A stretch of 64,000 nt of DNA from TPA_inf: Saccharomyces (lineage: Eukaryota), in contig BK006948.2 in NCBI GenBank assembly GCA_000146045.2, forward strand, positions 800,001 through 864,000, written 5' to 3'. Below the pieces are notes generated by a model. That model saw only the letters and a list, made by a program, of their open reading frames with translations, was not told the DNA's origin and made no database searches. Both the position numbers and the translations under genes were made by a program. Positions 1-11,670 of the stretch are shown here, piece after piece. Each line of letters opens with the position of its first letter. The stretch's first letter is position 1.

Positions 1-731
1 ATGGAAATCAATGTCCCATAATTTTCTTCGTTCATTGTTTTTGAATCAGCGTCATTACCATTATTGAAGTGTTGGAAAAATTCCACCATCTGTTGATCCT
101 CCACCGAGATCTCGTCGTTAGCCAGAAGACAGTTTTTTACCTTTTGAATATGAACGTTATCTTTAAATCGTAGCCATAGCGGAGTATGCTTAAATACAGT
201 TTTGAAATTTTGTAGATTAATCCAGATTGTCTCCCTCATTTCAAAATCACCAATTTGATACTTGCGTATACAAGTTGACAAAAATGTTCCTAAAAAACTC
301 GCTCTTGTCATTTGTCTTCTTGTTGATGTTGTACGCATTTTCATTGACCTGTAATTATTAACCAAACAGTTCTTTTCTAAATCCATCATTAGTCTGTTGA
401 TTGAATCCAGTCCATTAATTGCTTCCAAATAGCCCATTAATGTCAGAGCTATTTTGTTACCATCCTTGTCATCTAACAGTATCCTTATTATATTATCTAG
501 AATAGGAAGTACAGGAGGAGGAACAATAGATGAAGATCTTAAATTACTATTATCCTTGAGCAGAGGATTCCATTCTAGTGAAGGTCTAGTAGGGGATATT
601 AACCGAAGAAATACTGCTGTTGGCACTGATATGCCATTATCTTGTGAGCAGTGAGCATGTATTAGGATTAATATGCATAGATCGTACGGAGTAATAAAGT
701 TAGTAATACCCAATGGACCATACTTACTCAT
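1..731 (-). CDS. APC5: Anaphase-promoting complex subunit 5, partial: N-terminal ~243 codons; the gene continues past the left edge of the window.
   Basis: Minus-strand reading frame is open from ATG (complement of 729-731) to position 1; translation begins [25 protein letters not shown]. Identity from recall of the APC5 N-terminus and its position upstream of CLP1. Confidence 0.7.
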
Positions 732-969
732 TTTTCTGATCAGTTTTGATTTGCCTTTTCCTTTTAACTCTCGTCGTTTTTTATATTCCTCGATGAAACT
801 GCAGCAGTTTTTTAGCTAGCGCAAATAATGTCAAAGACACAAATTGGCAATATTGTTAATATATAAGCGTTGGAAAAATTAAAAATAAAAATCACCCAAA
901 CAATACTTCGACAGTACAGTACGATATTTGTATGGATTTGATATAAGGCTCTTGAACAGATAATTTTAC

Positions 970-2307
970 TTACTCTAAATATCTATATGAAGTTAGAATC
1001 ATCGCCTTGCTGGGAAGTCGGCCTGGGACAGGTAGTAAAACCCTTAATTTACGCCTTTTTTCATTAACTTCTGTAATCAAAGCGAATCCTAAAATAGGCG
1101 ATTTTATTACTGTTGCCTGATCTGCCCTTCTTTCTGCGAACGTTATGGCTATAATAGCGTGCTGTAGGTTACTTGGAGTTATAGTGACGGGGAACAGTTC
1201 CACCCTACCGACCTCGTTATCGAAAACATTGCTAGGTTTCCAAATAGTTAAATCCTCATAATCAACACCAATAGCATAAGGACTCAAGGCTGTATCAAGA
1301 GAGCCGTAAAAGTACTCTCTTATGGATGTCCTCTGCAAGGATCTTTTGTATACATCATCAACTGCGGATACACCATCCAATTTAGGAATGAAAAAAATAT
1401 TATTATTTCCCAATTCTGGACCAAATGTCTTTTTTACTTTCTCCCAAAGAGGATCCGTTTCAGAACATAGTACTAGCATAATGTTAACATTGAGTTTCTC
1501 AATGATATGGTGCAGTTCAGCCAAATTTTCATCCAGTTGTGATATTGATGGCGTATCGACAATGCACCCTGATCTCCTGACTTGAGGATCCAAATGTAAC
1601 CTTTGACCTACTACTTGACCTAACTGGCTTATACACTCAAGGTATAGATCTTTGTTCTCATTAATCCTTTCCAGGCCAAAATTTTTCACCATTGGCTGCT
1701 TATTATGTAGTAGTGTGGCACCACTAGTGAGACTCTGACCCCAAGTGGGTAGTTGTGCATCAAGTATATCTGATATTGGGGTGGCAGATATGCATCCAGG
1801 AACAGTAAAAATGGGCTGTTGAGGGTCAAGATTGATGTATAGTGGTTGGTAAGCGTTGAATTTCAAAGCGTAAGAACATAGTGTCCTCGATAGGGAAGTC
1901 TTCCCGGTTTGCGAACCACCAACAATCACCACTCGAGGGCCTTCAAAGTTAGACATTCGTATCTTCTCCAACATGAAGTGTAGATTATAAATATATTTCA
2001 TAGTATGGTTAGGCTTGACAGTTATTGTATTCGTAGTTAAATCAGGACATTTCCATAATAATTCTGTTTCTTCGACAGCGTATATGGGAAACTTCCAGTT
2101 CTGAAAAGTGTACTCATCATCTACTGCCAACTCGGTGCCAAATATCTCAACTATGCCCGAGTTTACCTTGACTATCAGTTTTCCCTCTGCTTTAAGATCA
2201 ATTTGCCAATCACTGCCCTTGGGAATAACCAACTTGTGCCATTCGTTATCACCAGTTATCAATTCTTCAGAGGTAGTATGCTCATCAATACCAGGTAGAC
2301 TTGCCAT
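970..2307 (-). CDS. CLP1: Clp1, mRNA cleavage/polyadenylation factor IA subunit (445 aa)
   Basis: ATG start confirmed; P-loop GGSQTGKTSLSRTL; length and N-terminus MASLPGIDEH match CLP1. Confidence 0.93.
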   Translation of the reverse strand: MASLPGIDEHTTSEELITGDNEWHKLVIPKGSDWQIDLKAEGKLIVKVNSGIVEIFGTELAVDDEYTFQNWKFPIYAVEETELLWKCPDLTTNTITVKPNHTMKYIYNLHFMLEKIRMSNFEGPRVVIVGGSQTGKTSLSRTLCSYALKFNAYQPLYINLDPQQPIFTVPGCISATPISDILDAQLPTWGQSLTSGATLLHNKQPMVKNFGLERINENKDLYLECISQLGQVVGQRLHLDPQVRRSGCIVDTPSISQLDENLAELHHIIEKLNVNIMLVLCSETDPLWEKVKKTFGPELGNNNIFFIPKLDGVSAVDDVYKRSLQRTSIREYFYGSLDTALSPYAIGVDYEDLTIWKPSNVFDNEVGRVELFPVTITPSNLQHAIIAITFAERRADQATVIKSPILGFALITEVNEKRRKLRVLLPVPGRLPSKAMILTSYRYLE

Positions 2308-2549
2308 GATGGTTTAATCGTGTTGGAATTTCGAAAAGAATTAATAGTTTGTTCTTTTCCCTCGATAGAAAGGTCTCTGCTCATTTTTGCCAGCAGTCTT
2401 ATTTTTTGCTGTTATTTTCTATTTTACCGGGCAATAACAATGAAGAGCACAAATAAGACAAAGAAAGGGAGATCGCCCTTTAAGTAAGTAGATAGATAAT
2501 TAATATATGTAGCTAAATAAATCGACTTGTCAAGAATATATTTCTCTTA

Positions 2550-3464
2550 TTAATCTCTGTTTTCAGCAATCCACTCGGGCCCGGATTTCAAGACCCACTC
2601 GGTCCAGGATCCATCATATAATCTAACATTGGGAACTCCTGCTAGCTCCAATGCTGTCTTGATAATGACTCCTGAAACGCCAGTTCCACAAGAGCAAATA
2701 GTTGGTTTACTTGGGTCCAAAGTGCAATGAAAGTCTTTCAATGCCTTTTCCAAAGTAGCGTGTATCGCCTCCCCAGCTTCTGGGTACGTTTTGGTCTCCG
2801 GATCAAGTAAACTTCCATATGGTAATGGTTGGGTACCTGGAATATGCCCCGATGGAATGTCGGAACGAGGCTCTGGTTCTGTACCTTCGAATCTACCGAG
2901 CGACCTTGCATCGAAAGCATTGAATTTCTTAGCCAGTTCCCCACTCTTTACCAATTGGAACATTTCCTCATAGTCTACAATCTCCTTGTCTTGGAAACTT
3001 TCTGAGGACTCATAATGACTCTTTGGATAGGGTGAAAACGCTGCCACCTTAGAGGAATCTAGAGGGTACTTAAACTCTCTGTACTGGTTGAAATTATTTA
3101 GTAAGTACACCTTAGGATGTCCCATCACTCCTAATGTCCAAGCACATCTAGGGGAGCTAAAGTTACCAACACGATCGTAAACCACTAATATATCATCTTT
3201 TTGAACTCCTAAATTACTCATAGCGTCGTCAAAAACCTTCTTTGTAGGGAACATATGTGGATAGGGCGATTTTTTGTCACTGATTGCATCAATATCAAAG
3301 AAAATGGAGTTTGGTATACGTGGTTTGGTCAAGAAATCCACTTTATTATCAAGCTTCCAACTGGGTAGGTACCATGTTGCATCAACTGGAACGATTCTAT
3401 GAACCTTCTCACTGGCCACTAACTTAACAAACGCTTTTGGAGAAATAAGATCAAATAATGGCAT
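2550..3464 (-). CDS. TUM1: Tum1, tandem-rhodanese sulfurtransferase of the tRNA thiolation pathway (304 aa)
   Basis: Two rhodanese domains with active-site CSCGTGVSG; the ORF-track start at 3479 is TTG, and the first in-frame ATG gives MPLFDLISPK and 304 aa. Confidence 0.88.
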   Translation of the reverse strand: MPLFDLISPKAFVKLVASEKVHRIVPVDATWYLPSWKLDNKVDFLTKPRIPNSIFFDIDAISDKKSPYPHMFPTKKVFDDAMSNLGVQKDDILVVYDRVGNFSSPRCAWTLGVMGHPKVYLLNNFNQYREFKYPLDSSKVAAFSPYPKSHYESSESFQDKEIVDYEEMFQLVKSGELAKKFNAFDARSLGRFEGTEPEPRSDIPSGHIPGTQPLPYGSLLDPETKTYPEAGEAIHATLEKALKDFHCTLDPSKPTICSCGTGVSGVIIKTALELAGVPNVRLYDGSWTEWVLKSGPEWIAENRD

Positions 3465-3562
3465 TGAATGTATGGGCAATTTTCTTCACAACTTTATGCT
3501 TTTGTCCTCATTGTTTGAATGCACTTACGCTGTATTATTGTACACAGCTGAACATCCCGAGC

Positions 3563-3606
3563 GAAAATTTTAAAATGGTTTAATAGACGAGATGAGAGAT
3601 GAGCTC
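3563..3606. promoter_or_regulatory. RRPE (GAAAATTTT) plus tandem PAC-like GATGAGAGATGAGCT in the TMA16 promoter
   Basis: GCGAAAATTTTAAAATGG...ACGAGATGAGAGATGAGCTC, 60-100 bp upstream of the TMA16 ATG. Confidence 0.45.
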
Positions 3607-3666
3607 TTTAAAGGTACTTTCTAAGAAGAAAAGTATCGGAACAGGACTTACCACGACAAACTAATC

Positions 3667-4203
3667 ATGCCGGTTACTAAATCTTTATCTAAGTTGCAAA
3701 AGAACTTATCCAAGAAAGGGAAAAATATCACGGTTCATCCGAAGGGTAGAAAGTATGAAAAGCTGGTCAGGGCTACTATGCGTGAAGATAAAATCGCAGC
3801 CAAAAAGAAGCTTCATCAAGACAAAAGAGTCCACGAACTAGCTCGGGTAAAATTTATGCAGGATGTAGTTAACTCTGATACATTCAAAGGGCAACCAATA
3901 TTTGATCACGCCCACACAAGAGAGTTTATTCAAAGTTTTATTGAAAGAGATGATACGGAATTAGACGAACTCAAGAAGAAGAGGAGGTCAAACAGGCCAC
4001 CAAGCAATAGACAAGTGCTACTGCAACAAAGGAGGGATCAAGAGTTAAAAGAATTTAAGGCGGGGTTTCTCTGTCCAGACTTGAGTGATGCGAAGAATAT
4101 GGAATTTCTAAGAAACTGGAATGGCACTTTTGGCCTTTTGAATACTCTAAGATTGATCAGAATTAATGATAAAGGTGAACAAGTCGTTGGAGGAAATGAA
4201 TAA
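3667..4203 (+). CDS. TMA16: Tma16, small lysine-rich ribosome-associated protein (178 aa)
   Basis: ATG start confirmed; basic 178-aa ORF; RRPE+PAC motifs in its promoter; gene order. Confidence 0.8.
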   Translation: MPVTKSLSKLQKNLSKKGKNITVHPKGRKYEKLVRATMREDKIAAKKKLHQDKRVHELARVKFMQDVVNSDTFKGQPIFDHAHTREFIQSFIERDDTELDELKKKRRSNRPPSNRQVLLQQRRDQELKEFKAGFLCPDLSDAKNMEFLRNWNGTFGLLNTLRLIRINDKGEQVVGGNE

Positions 4204-4334
4204 GAAGTGTCGCAGAGGAATCTTTATGGTTTATATGCTCTTTATATAATTTTATGTATATTATAGTAGAAAAAGCAAAGAAAAAAAAGAAAATTGATAT
4301 TATTAGCGAAGCTTTTTCACAAATTAATCCGTAA

Positions 4335-4907
<573 letters not shown>

Positions 4908-5031
4908 CAGATGGCTGAAAAATTTTTTTTTTTTTTTTGGTTTTGCTTTGTATACACATGTATCTATTTTTATAAAGATGAAATATATACGTCTAAGAGC
5001 TAAAATGAAAAACTATACTAATCACTTATAT

Positions 5032-7023
5032 CTATTCTGGTGATTCATCATCTTCAGCTTCTGTATCCGTATCGATATCAGTATAATCGCTAGCATCACT
5101 TTCATCATCACTTTCGGTTTCGTCGTCATCAGTAGAGTACTCATCATCCTCCTCAGAATACACCTCTACTTGTTCCACTGCAGGAGAATCACGAACTTTC
5201 ATATTCATGGTAATATCCAAATCTGTAGTGAAATAATCTGTGGATTTAACGATTACTCTAAAAAAGAAATCACCAACAGTTTCAGGTGCAGGCTGACCTA
5301 ATGGAATTTTTATGGTCCCGATTTCCCAATCATTTATATCGAATTTTTCGTGTTTGGTTAAATCCATTTTTATCCTCTTATCAAAGAAATCTTTGTCATC
5401 GTTCAAGTTCTTGTAAGATAGCTTTTCAATGATAATTGGCGTTTGAAGTATTTTACCATCTTTTTGAGAACTTACCAGACAGCACCAACTCCCACGTCTC
5501 TTTGTAGGGAAAAATGGTGCAAAGGAATATGGGACGAGTGGCTGTTTACTCATCATAGCAAATGGATCTCTTTGAGATTCAAAATCTTGAGGTTCTGTTA
5601 AATTTTCTTCAGGAATTAAGCTAGTTGGTATCAATGGCTGTTTAGCAGAACGAACCAGTACTTTCAAAGAAATGTATGGGGTAGATGATGGTGTTACTTG
5701 GTTCTCACCTGGGACAAGGAAGTCTGCCTTGATGATCTTTAGATTTGGAATATGCGATGCAACTCTCAAAGTTTCGTTTAACTTTGCTTGATCCTTTATT
5801 CCAAGAACCTCACCAATCTTGGCATCTTCTAAAGTAAACAATTTACCTAATGTATGAATATCTCCGGTTTTGGTAATAAAGTGCTCTTTATCTACGTTCG
5901 GCAATTGAAGGATTTGACAGTTTGGTGTTAATGGTACAGCCTGAACAATACACTTGAAAGTATTGATTGCACCCAATGCAATATCTAAATTTCTGAATCC
6001 ACAAGCAATATCCAATAAACCGTGTAACAAAGAGTGACATTTGGCCACTATTCTAAATTTCGCATTGTTAAGTTTACCACTATCTCTGCGGTTAATATGA
6101 TCTTGCAAAAGTTTTTCAAAATCCGTTGGTTGCAAATCCGGGAAGAATTGTTTAAATTCATGAGCAAATGATAACCAGTGTAAGATCAAATCTGTGGTGA
6201 CAATCTCAGATGGCTTGTAATTGACTAAGTTACTAACAAAATTAGAAGCCGTCACATTATGTATTCCCTTCTTAGTATACGATTGTGTTCTTGCCCACCA
6301 TCTACTAACAAAATATGGCAAGATTAAACCTAGTAGCGCAACATAACAAACCACTAATAATGGAGATGCACTTCCATCTACCAAAAATCTTGGTAGAGCG
6401 ATACCATGTGAAGTAGATTGTGGGCCATCTGGATGACCGTATTTCAAATAGTTTTGCCTAACCAATTCGTCAGTAAGGGATTCGTAAGCCTTCGTAATCT
6501 GAACATAAGTTTCTTCCATCACACTTTTCTCATCAGGTGTTAGGCCCTTTGCTAATTTATCTGGATGAAATTTAACAGATAATTTTCTATAAGCAGATTT
6601 GATGTCTCTATCGGAAGCACTAGTAGAGATACCAAGGATTTCATAAGGATCAAATAATTTTGTAGCAGCGTCTTTAATCGCGTCATTACTATTAATCCTT
6701 TGCAGAAGAATTGCAACTAAGATCCAACCCACAATAATTATAATATTTCTCCTGCTCCATATTTTGGACTTCTTATTACTATTTTTATCAAACTTCCTTC
6801 TAAATTGTTTGATTTCATCACTGGTGTATTCTTCATTCAAGTTCTTGAAAACTTCCTCATTAAACTCCTTACTCTTCCCTGAATTCCCATCTTCAGCATT
6901 GGCCCCAAAAAAAATTTGGTATATTTGAAGCAGTGTCATAGGCCCGACGACCATCAAGAGCCCCGTTAAAATGAAGGACGGCCACGTCTCACTAGCCTCA
7001 TCATACTCGTAATTTGTAGGCAT
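5032..7023 (-). CDS. SEC63: Sec63, ER translocon J-domain protein (663 aa)
   Basis: J domain with HPD (DPYEILGIS...KFHPDK), three transmembrane segments, acidic Ser/Asp/Glu-rich C-terminal tail. Confidence 0.95.
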   Translation of the reverse strand: MPTNYEYDEASETWPSFILTGLLMVVGPMTLLQIYQIFFGANAEDGNSGKSKEFNEEVFKNLNEEYTSDEIKQFRRKFDKNSNKKSKIWSRRNIIIIVGWILVAILLQRINSNDAIKDAATKLFDPYEILGISTSASDRDIKSAYRKLSVKFHPDKLAKGLTPDEKSVMEETYVQITKAYESLTDELVRQNYLKYGHPDGPQSTSHGIALPRFLVDGSASPLLVVCYVALLGLILPYFVSRWWARTQSYTKKGIHNVTASNFVSNLVNYKPSEIVTTDLILHWLSFAHEFKQFFPDLQPTDFEKLLQDHINRRDSGKLNNAKFRIVAKCHSLLHGLLDIACGFRNLDIALGAINTFKCIVQAVPLTPNCQILQLPNVDKEHFITKTGDIHTLGKLFTLEDAKIGEVLGIKDQAKLNETLRVASHIPNLKIIKADFLVPGENQVTPSSTPYISLKVLVRSAKQPLIPTSLIPEENLTEPQDFESQRDPFAMMSKQPLVPYSFAPFFPTKRRGSWCCLVSSQKDGKILQTPIIIEKLSYKNLNDDKDFFDKRIKMDLTKHEKFDINDWEIGTIKIPLGQPAPETVGDFFFRVIVKSTDYFTTDLDITMNMKVRDSPAVEQVEVYSEEDDEYSTDDDETESDDESDASDYTDIDTDTEAEDDESPE

Positions 7024-7270
7024 TGTGCTGTAATATGCAGTATATTTATTTTGTTGCGAAGGCCTTCTTTGGTCAATTATAACTGACTATTGTTCCAGTC
7101 GCATCTTTTATTCGTTCAGTGATCTTCGACGTGTTCAAGACAAATTTTTCAGAAAACGCCTTTCCGTAACGAGTGACCAATTCGCGTTATAAGAGCGATT
7201 GTGTCAGTAATGAAGTCAGATTGTGACATTATAAAGCTAAGACGTTAATAACTCAAAATAGAAAAGAAGC

Positions 7271-8107
7271 ATGAGAGCACCACCTTCACCGAGAAAGTCC
7301 AAATCTGGTCATTTTTTTTACCTATATTTTCGACTGTGTCAACTGTTCAGTGGCCGGAAATTAAAGAGGAGGTGGCATGTCCACAAACTTCACATTCACC
7401 AATATAATACTCGCTGGAACTTGAGCCCCCTCTCCGAAATACACATTGAGGACATGATAAATGAACCGTCTGGACTATGTCCAGGAAGTTCCAAAAAGAA
7501 ACCACTACTGATTGCAAGGTTTCCCAAGGGTTGCCAAGAATCACCAAGGGTATATGTACTGCAAAGGAACAATTTGTCTCGTTTAAAATTAAGCAAAAGA
7601 AAATATGCCCTAAGGTTCTATCACAATGAAATTTTTGGCAATAATTTAAAGAGAAAAGACGGAAGCATCCACAAAGTTGAACACCAACAGTGCGCAGAAA
7701 CCGTTAGAAAGATCAAGAAAGTCACAGCAAACCATGCTGATGTTAAAATAATATTTCACGATAAAAATACTATAAGAAGTGACAAATTAGGGGGTAGGAG
7801 TAATAAGATGCAGACTAGGCCTAGTGTTCTTGAAGAGGATGTAGAAGAAGAAGTCTCTTCGGTATATATCAGATTTTGTGACGACCATTCCCTGAGAGTT
7901 AAAGATTATCACTCTTTGCACAGGCATTCTAAAAAATCTTCTAAAGAAAAACGAAATAATCAGGAGATTGGAAAATCTAAGTTGCTTGGGAAGCTTTTTG
8001 AAGAGGAAACATCGCGTCAAAACAAAGGTGTAGAGAAGAAACTAGATACGATTGTGATACAGAAATTTCAAAATTATCCTATTGTCTCCTTCTCTCGTGT
8101 CATTTAA
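7271..8107 (+). CDS. OSW1: Osw1, basic sporulation (outer spore wall) protein (278 aa)
   Basis: ATG-start ORF of the expected length between SEC63 and TRE2; basic composition; identity by gene order and recall. Confidence 0.7.
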   Translation: MRAPPSPRKSKSGHFFYLYFRLCQLFSGRKLKRRWHVHKLHIHQYNTRWNLSPLSEIHIEDMINEPSGLCPGSSKKKPLLIARFPKGCQESPRVYVLQRNNLSRLKLSKRKYALRFYHNEIFGNNLKRKDGSIHKVEHQQCAETVRKIKKVTANHADVKIIFHDKNTIRSDKLGGRSNKMQTRPSVLEEDVEEEVSSVYIRFCDDHSLRVKDYHSLHRHSKKSSKEKRNNQEIGKSKLLGKLFEEETSRQNKGVEKKLDTIVIQKFQNYPIVSFSRVI

Positions 8108-8253
8108 CAAAAAGATATATACAAACATAGGATACTAAGAGGAAAAGCATCCCAAAAAGAAGAAATGCTTGCATGCCATGTATTACATAATTAAAGAAAA
8201 AATTTTATTAACATACTTCCTTATACTTACAATATGTATTCTTTCAGTTCAAT

Positions 8254-10683
8254 TTATTTATACCCGATGTCATTAGTCTCTTCGACAAACAATGCAGCAG
8301 ACTGATGGAGTACTTTGCCAATAAGGTCAATTTGTTCTTGAGCCCTCTTCCAGTCATCATCGTAAATCGCATCCATCACTCCTGGAAATGTCCAGAAATC
8401 TACATTTCCACCATTTTTAGATTTATCCTCCTGTATCAATGTTGGTCCGAACAAAACGTTCTTATAAAATGATCTATTAGGTAGACCCGCCGGAGAGCAT
8501 GTTCTTCTACCAATATTAGTCAATTTTTTATTCCATGTCCACCTATTAATTGAAAGTAAGGAGGGCTCTATACCATCCCCATGCGACCATACTATGTTCT
8601 CCCAACCTTGAGTCCATGACGCCCATTCGCTACCGATTTTCTTCCAAAATAACAAACCTTTGATTATTGATGTGAAGTTTAGTTTTTCAGGGTATGCTTG
8701 CTCTAACCTTTGCAATCTTTCATCGATATCTTCAACATAGCTTATTATGTCAAAATGAAGTAGCGGGTCATCAATCAATTCCATACTAATATGTAAAAGA
8801 TATACTAGCAAATCCTTGACAGATTGTTGGTTCTGTTCGTCTTCCAGAATCTTCTCAACACGTTCAAATTTATCCTCAGATGTTTCAGTTGGGGTGTCAC
8901 GGTTTCTCGTAGAATCAGAAGATATTACAGATACAGGAATTCCATTTGCCAGAAATGGAGTCCAGTCACCATAGTGCTGTACATTATCCACAGATATATC
9001 AAAGTTTCCATGCGCGTTTCTATTGAAAAACTTCTTCAATAAGGGATGTGTCTCAATGCTTAATTCTCCTCTAGTTTTACCGTTCTCATATTTTTCGGCA
9101 AAGGGTATACCCAGTTGACTAATATCAATCAAAGAATAAATTTCGTCTTTTAATGGCGTTAGCCTTTGCTCAACCAGCTCCGAAGATCCAGCATAATTAA
9201 ATTCGGTACCACCGAATGAGATGAAATAGATATTTCTCAAAGGTTTCCAACCAAACTTATATTTCACCTCTTGGAATAATTGAACTATAGATAATAATGC
9301 AGCTGTACCAAAATTGGGATAAGTAGTTCCAAAATTGATGGAATTTCTCGATGCAGCAATTATTATAGCTTTGTCTGATTGTTCTCTCCCTTCAATTTTA
9401 CCAACAATATTAGGAATAAAATGCTTTTCCCTAACATTAGTTTGCAGATCTACATCGATCAATACGTCTCCCATTTTCCCACTGTTACTACGATCACTAT
9501 TACCATCATCAACCGTTACTCCTCCTGAAGATAAACGCGATAGTAGCTCTTTTCCTTGTCTCGTGGAGATTGGGATAGTTGGAATATGAGTTTGACGCCA
9601 AAATTTATGATCCTTTTCTTCTACAGGAGAACCATCCCAATTCAATCCTGATGCATCACCAGTCGAATATTGGGGCAATCCTACAGGCTTAGATTGAACA
9701 ACGTCTATATTCTCACCATATGGCTCAGATATGAAGATTACAGCTTTAGCTCCGAATTTCTCAGCAATTAGTACTTGCTGACTCACTAATTTATCATATT
9801 GCAGTAAAAGCACATAGTCCTTCCCATCTTCTATCGTTTTCGAATCTTTTAAATGTTGTAAATCGTATGTTGTACCTTTGCCTCCATAAATCAAGCTCAC
9901 TTTGGATAATTTCCCGTTAGAACTCAACGGATTGAAATTTTCTTTAGAAAGTTCTAGATCATGCTTTTCATTCTTGTTATCATAATATGAAATTGATACA
10001 TTGCCTGGATAATTAGAATAAACTGAGTATCCCATTTCTTTAACCAATTTCAACCCATTGTTGTCAAAAGATTCCTGAATGTATCGATAAATAGCTGCAT
10101 CACCCTTCGTTCCGGATCCATGAGGCATGCTACTAATATATTCCAAATCTCTCTCAAACTTTGCCAAATCCACGGATTTTTTGGCATATTCAAAAAGTAT
10201 ATCGTGTTGAGAAAACATCCCTTTAGATCCTGATGCCTTTTCGTTGAATAAGTAGCCACTTGACAAGACATAATATGCAATAAATGACATGAAAATGATG
10301 TAAAAGAACCTTCGAAGTATAAAGGGATTTCCGATTTTACTTAAGTAATAGTCAGCTTTGTCTGGAACGAATTTTGATATTTGTAAGAGTGGATGAATGA
10401 TGTTTTCCATTAAGGGTTCCAAAATTTTTTCCTGAAACCCAATTGAAACCCTCTGTAGATGTGTTCTTTTGTGAAGATCATCGTGAGGGTCCTCTATATC
10501 AAATTCATAAGAAGGTGGTTCAGGTGGAGGCGTTATATTAGTTTCTATACTGTTGTCGTTAGAACTAGGAGGAGAATCATCAAAACGCTGGCTCATCAAC
10601 AGATTATGGGACGACGACGCAGTAGGTATAGCATTTTCATGTTCAAAGTTTGTAGTTGACACTGGTTGATAACTGCTCCTCAT
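8254..10683 (-). CDS. TRE2: Tre2, transferrin-receptor-like / PA-M28 domain membrane protein (809 aa)
   Basis: N-terminal transmembrane segment, M28/transferrin-receptor-like ectodomain, 809 aa, gene order. Confidence 0.85.
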   Translation of the reverse strand: MRSSYQPVSTTNFEHENAIPTASSSHNLLMSQRFDDSPPSSNDNSIETNITPPPEPPSYEFDIEDPHDDLHKRTHLQRVSIGFQEKILEPLMENIIHPLLQISKFVPDKADYYLSKIGNPFILRRFFYIIFMSFIAYYVLSSGYLFNEKASGSKGMFSQHDILFEYAKKSVDLAKFERDLEYISSMPHGSGTKGDAAIYRYIQESFDNNGLKLVKEMGYSVYSNYPGNVSISYYDNKNEKHDLELSKENFNPLSSNGKLSKVSLIYGGKGTTYDLQHLKDSKTIEDGKDYVLLLQYDKLVSQQVLIAEKFGAKAVIFISEPYGENIDVVQSKPVGLPQYSTGDASGLNWDGSPVEEKDHKFWRQTHIPTIPISTRQGKELLSRLSSGGVTVDDGNSDRSNSGKMGDVLIDVDLQTNVREKHFIPNIVGKIEGREQSDKAIIIAASRNSINFGTTYPNFGTAALLSIVQLFQEVKYKFGWKPLRNIYFISFGGTEFNYAGSSELVEQRLTPLKDEIYSLIDISQLGIPFAEKYENGKTRGELSIETHPLLKKFFNRNAHGNFDISVDNVQHYGDWTPFLANGIPVSVISSDSTRNRDTPTETSEDKFERVEKILEDEQNQQSVKDLLVYLLHISMELIDDPLLHFDIISYVEDIDERLQRLEQAYPEKLNFTSIIKGLLFWKKIGSEWASWTQGWENIVWSHGDGIEPSLLSINRWTWNKKLTNIGRRTCSPAGLPNRSFYKNVLFGPTLIQEDKSKNGGNVDFWTFPGVMDAIYDDDWKRAQEQIDLIGKVLHQSAALFVEETNDIGYK

Positions 10684-11007
10684 TAAAATTACTTGATCTC
10701 AATACCCGGGGGTATTATCTTGGTTTGCAAATTAGTTACAGATTTCAAATAACCCAAAGCTTGATGTATTTCTCTAGTATTGAGAGGCGTTTAGGAAAAG
10801 AACAACTTTAATGATGCAGGAAGTACTTGCTTAACTAGTTCTTGCCTGATGCCGTAATTTTATCTACTAAATTTCCAAGAGTTTTGGAGGCTTAACTATT
10901 GCGAAATAGAGAGAAAAAAAGAAGAATCCTAATTAGTAAGTATGGAAGAGATTTATTAAACGAGAAAGGAAGTGAACCAAAGAAGAAACGGAAATAAATC
11001 ATACAGT

Positions 11008-11493
11008 ATGAGTAAGAACAGGTCATCGCTACAGTCTGGTCCACTTAATAGCGAGTTATTGGAGGAGCAAAAGCAAGAAATATATGAGGCGTTTTCATTG
11101 TTCGATATGAACAATGATGGGTTCCTCGATTACCACGAGTTGAAAGTAGCAATGAAGGCCCTGGGATTTGAGCTACCCAAGAGAGAAATACTTGACTTAA
11201 TAGATGAATATGATAGTGAGGGGCGGCATTTGATGAAGTATGATGATTTTTATATTGTAATGGGGGAAAAAATATTGAAGAGAGATCCGTTAGATGAAAT
11301 AAAAAGGGCATTCCAATTATTTGATGACGACCATACTGGGAAAATAAGTATTAAAAACTTGAGGCGTGTAGCTAAAGAATTAGGAGAAACTTTGACGGAT
11401 GAAGAGCTGAGAGCGATGATTGAAGAGTTTGATTTGGATGGTGATGGCGAGATTAATGAAAACGAATTTATAGCTATTTGCACCGATAGTTAA
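11008..11493 (+). CDS. CDC31: Cdc31, centrin (EF-hand protein of the spindle pole body half-bridge), 161 aa
   Basis: EF-hand loops [24 protein letters not shown] and [12 protein letters not shown]; the first ATG (11008) gives [10 protein letters not shown]; the upstream extension in the ORF track is rejected. Confidence 0.93.
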   Translation: MSKNRSSLQSGPLNSELLEEQKQEIYEAFSLFDMNNDGFLDYHELKVAMKALGFELPKREILDLIDEYDSEGRHLMKYDDFYIVMGEKILKRDPLDEIKRAFQLFDDDHTGKISIKNLRRVAKELGETLTDEELRAMIEEFDLDGDGEINENEFIAICTDS

Positions 11494-11670
11494 TTATGAC
11501 TATATATTTAATCTATAAAAATGATTTGTAACTATATTAGTATACTCCCGTGGGTCTCTCGTTTTCTGTTTTAACTTACATCTTGCCCAAGGATGCACTT
11601 AAAAGTGAAAAAGCCAATCTAATCCTGCAGGGCAACAATAAGAGAAGACAATAAAACAAAACACTGAAAA

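Noticed and set aside
454-654. 66-aa plus-strand ORF
   Set aside because: Lies antisense inside the APC5 coding region; no start context or domain; typical shadow ORF.
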